From NCBI GenBank assembly GCA_010015805.1, contig ML978126.1:1922001-1986000 (forward strand): a stretch of DNA of 64,000 nt, written 5' to 3'. The position numbers were made by a program, and so were the translations under genes. A model generated the notes under the pieces. That model had not been told where the DNA came from. It searched no databases and was given only the letters and a program-made list of their open reading frames with translations. The DNA comes from Rhizodiscina lignyota. Taxonomy: Eukaryota. Below are positions 61,252 through 64,000 of the stretch, in pieces (position 1 is the first letter of the stretch; every line of letters starts with the position of its first letter).

Positions 61252-62238
61252 ATGGCCAACAAGCGCTTCCTCGTCGTGGGTGGAACGAGCTTAGTCGGAA
61301 GCCATCTCGCAGAGGTCCTCCTGCAGCGTGGGACTGACGAAGTCGTCCTCTTCGATAACTTCAGCTTGAGCAGCCCGGAAGTGATCCGCTCCTTGGAGGC
61401 GCGACCAGGCGTGCGTGTAGTACGAGGCGATGCTCTCAAGCTCGCTCAAGTTATTGATGCGATGCGGGATGTCGATGGTGTTTTCATGCTAGCCGCATTC
61501 CTAACGCTGCCGCTATCGCAAAATCCGCCTGCCGGTGCCGAAGTCAACGTTATGGGCTTGGTCAATGTGCTTGAAGCTGCGCGATTGCTAGGTGGCAAGA
61601 AGGTCGTGCTAGCCTCATCAATCGCAGTATATGGCACCAATATCGATGATGTGGTCGACGAATCTACCGCCTTTGGGTCGGCCGGACTGTCGCCAGCCTT
61701 CGGTGCATACGCGGCTTCGAAGCTCATGGGCGAGAACCTTGGAGGACTGTATGCGCAGAAGTATGCAGTCGAATTCTGCAGCGTGCGCTTCTCTACCGTC
61801 TACGGCGAGAATCAGCACAGTCGCGGCGTGAACGCGCTCTACATCCTCGAAGCCCTGAAAGATGTGTGTGCTGGTCGAGCGCCGCGCATTCGTGGCGATG
61901 GCACAGAAGCACACGACTACATCCACGCCGCCGATGCTGCACTTGGGATGGCAATGGCTATGGAGAAGGGCGGTGTAGGGGAGCGCTACAACTTGTCCAC
62001 CTTCCGCGCAACGTCAGTGAAGGAGATTGTCGACCTTGTGTTGAAAGAGTACGATAGCAGTCTCACACCAGAGACCGTCACCGATACGCGTGATGTGCGA
62101 TCCACACACCACGCGGACCTGCGCATATCGAATGAGAAGGCACGACGTGAACTCGGGTGGACACCAACTACATCGATCGCGGATGGCATTGGTCGACTGC
62201 GTCGCTGGATCGAATCAACTCAGAATGACAATAATTAG
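61252..62238 (+). CDS. NAD-dependent epimerase/dehydratase (extended SDR), intronless
   Basis: VVGGTSLVGSH, NVLEAAR, ASSIAVYG, YAASK (YxxxK), RFSTVYGE, GDGTEAHDYIHAAD, KARRELGW. Confidence 0.92.
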   Translation: MANKRFLVVGGTSLVGSHLAEVLLQRGTDEVVLFDNFSLSSPEVIRSLEARPGVRVVRGDALKLAQVIDAMRDVDGVFMLAAFLTLPLSQNPPAGAEVNVMGLVNVLEAARLLGGKKVVLASSIAVYGTNIDDVVDESTAFGSAGLSPAFGAYAASKLMGENLGGLYAQKYAVEFCSVRFSTVYGENQHSRGVNALYILEALKDVCAGRAPRIRGDGTEAHDYIHAADAALGMAMAMEKGGVGERYNLSTFRATSVKEIVDLVLKEYDSSLTPETVTDTRDVRSTHHADLRISNEKARRELGWTPTTSIADGIGRLRRWIESTQNDNN

Positions 62239-62287
62239 GCCGCTAGCCGCAATCTCTTAGTTTCTTCGAATATTCCTACTCATATGT

Positions 62288-63307
62288 CTAGTCATTCGTC
62301 TGATTGTCCCACACCAAAAGCATCCTCGCCTCGACACTCTGTCTTGTAGGGCCTTCGTCCTCATCGCACACAAAAGCCGTATGCGGTGTGCGTTTCGCCA
62401 CGCCCGTTCGCTTGGAATCGAACTGCTTAAACAAGATGCCTTCCTGAGGGGTCAGTTTCGAGCAATAATACCACCGATGCGCCTCCGCATTGGCATTGAC
62501 TGCCCATAATTCAATGCTCTTGCTCTTCGACGTCCAATTCCATCCGTTCGGCCGGGAACTCTTCCCCGGCTGCGGAATATCGCCCTTCAGAGGGACGAGC
62601 TCGCTGTCGTCGACTGAGCGTGCATCGCAGAGCGCCAGATTGTCACGCGTCACGGTATTTACGAGCGGACGCCAGACGTTGACGAGTGCCCAGCGTTTCT
62701 GCGCGATCTTTTCGGCTTCATCGGGGAACTGGGCGCTGAGAATATTGCGTGCGTGATCGTAGGACTGATCCACGTGGACTAAAGTACAAAGTTAACGATC
62801 GTGTCTCACTCCAGAGCTAAATTGGCTGCACAAACCAGCACGGTTGTAAGTCGGAGCAGTGACAGCCTGGTTGTCGTCCATGTCCTTCTCCGCTGCCATC
62901 ACCTGATTGAAGTCTTTCCGGCGAGCCATATGCGAAACCGACTTCGCACGGCTCGCGCCGGTACTGCGACATGAAGAAGTCAGCTGTAGATTGATGCGCG
63001 CGTGAGACACTAGCAGCGGCACTGCTCACATCTTCTTCACCTGCTCCATGATGTCCTCGAAATACTCTCCCTTCCAATCTGCATCTTTCTCAACATCCTG
63101 GACCGAAGTAGCTAATTGAATGATTTGAAACCCTTGCTTGTCGAGTTTGAATTCATCTTCTCGTCCACGAATATCGGTAACATGAACTTTTTGCACGTCG
63201 TGAGGTCGCCGCTTGTCACTGACAGCGCCGGGCTGATATATTGTTGTGCCACCTTGTGCTGGCGACAAATAGTAGTTTAACGTGGTATTGACAACGTGTT
63301 GTTGCAT
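62288..63307 (-). CDS. AsaB/CmcJ-like hydroxylase/desaturase; 3 exons
   Basis: DIRGREDEFKLDKQGF, spliced VHVDQS, NVWRPL, LALCDARSV, KQFDS, TPHTAF, RQSVEAR. Confidence 0.85.
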
Positions 63308-63584
63308 CGCCTCAACCGTTCCGGCGTTAATACGTGATCAAGATGAAGTGCTGCTGGAATTGTGCGGTCTATAGATTTCTTTTAAATGTACGATACTCGG
63401 GTCATCAATTTGAATGTTGCATATAGTTATCAATGTTAAGAACTTCCTATCTAGGTAATTGTTACTAACTCAGAAGTAAACATGCTCCAATTTTCAAAAC
63501 GGGGCTTCCGTTCCGATCCACCCTTCCTGTCACGTGATCCTTACCTGGCAATTCTGCAGATGATTCCACAGGAGCCTGTTCTAT

Positions 63585-64000
63585 CTATTGAGATAGAACA
63601 GTCGGGGCGGCCGGAACACCTTGTGTGGCCGTGTCGTTCACTGTTGCGGTCTTCGAAGTAATTGTCACGTCGAAATTCAGTGGCTTAATGAACCATGCGT
63701 TACGTAGCTTAAGCTCCGCATCAGGGTTGACGAGGTGGATCTGGAAACGATGGTATGTTAGTTGATCGCTATAACTGACAGAGACCTCAGGGGCATGTTG
63801 CCTACATCGAAGTTCCGTAGAAAGCTCGGAATGATCTTGTACATCTCTAGCAAAGAGATGTATCGACCAAGGCATGATCGAGCCCCAGCGCCGAAGTGGA
63901 ATAACGTCGAGGACATTTTGTTTATGCGAGCCTCCTCGTCTGCACGGTTTTTCTGCGGATCGATAAACCACCGCTCCGGTCGGTAAGTATCGACGTCGTC
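63585..64000 (-). CDS. Cytochrome P450, 3' end only (enters from window end)
   Basis: Manual translation YRPERW...FHFGAGARSCLGRYISLLEMYK (heme Cys motif), intron about 63741-63805, last exon LRNAWFIKP...*. Confidence 0.9.
   Translation of the reverse strand, partial: RRRYLPTGAVVYRSAEKPCRRGGSHKQNVLDVIPLRRWGSIMPWSIHLFARDVQDHSELSTELRCRQHAPEVSVSYSDQLTYHRFQIHLVNPDAELKLRNAWFIKPLNFDVTITSKTATVNDTATQGVPAAPTVLSQ

Overview
Genomic DNA from a filamentous ascomycete (short GT-AG introns with CTRAC/CTAAC branch sites). Four zones. (1) 1-10.9 kb: oxidative/detox-type group (P450 cut by the window edge, FAD monooxygenase, transcription-factor-like gene, beta-carbonic anhydrase, gamma-glutamyltranspeptidase). 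(2) 11-33.7 kb: mostly housekeeping genes (Rad5/HLTF-like helicase, cytochrome c1, DAHP synthase head-to-head with a 3-dehydroshikimate dehydratase-like gene, GPI-anchored protein, GPD1, GDB1, EMC6), interrupted by a frameshifted secreted protein with two astacin-like domains. (3) 34-58 kb: accessory region with pseudogenes, AT/TpA-rich patches, an orphan DUF3328 oxidase, an ErgS-like DUF2156 transferase, two small Cys-rich secreted proteins and four divergent HET-domain genes in about 16.5 kb. One HET gene is intact except for a TAG at the conserved Trp of its WxxRxWxxQE motif, a candidate for A-to-I editing or readthrough control. Another lies tail-to-tail with an uncharacterised membrane protein, and a third carries an IQ-like/coiled-coil/TM insertion. 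(4) 58.7-64 kb: amino-acid permease, bacterial-looking epimerase, AsaB/CmcJ-like oxygenase and the 3' end of another P450. All calls are from motif recognition by eye; no searches were run.
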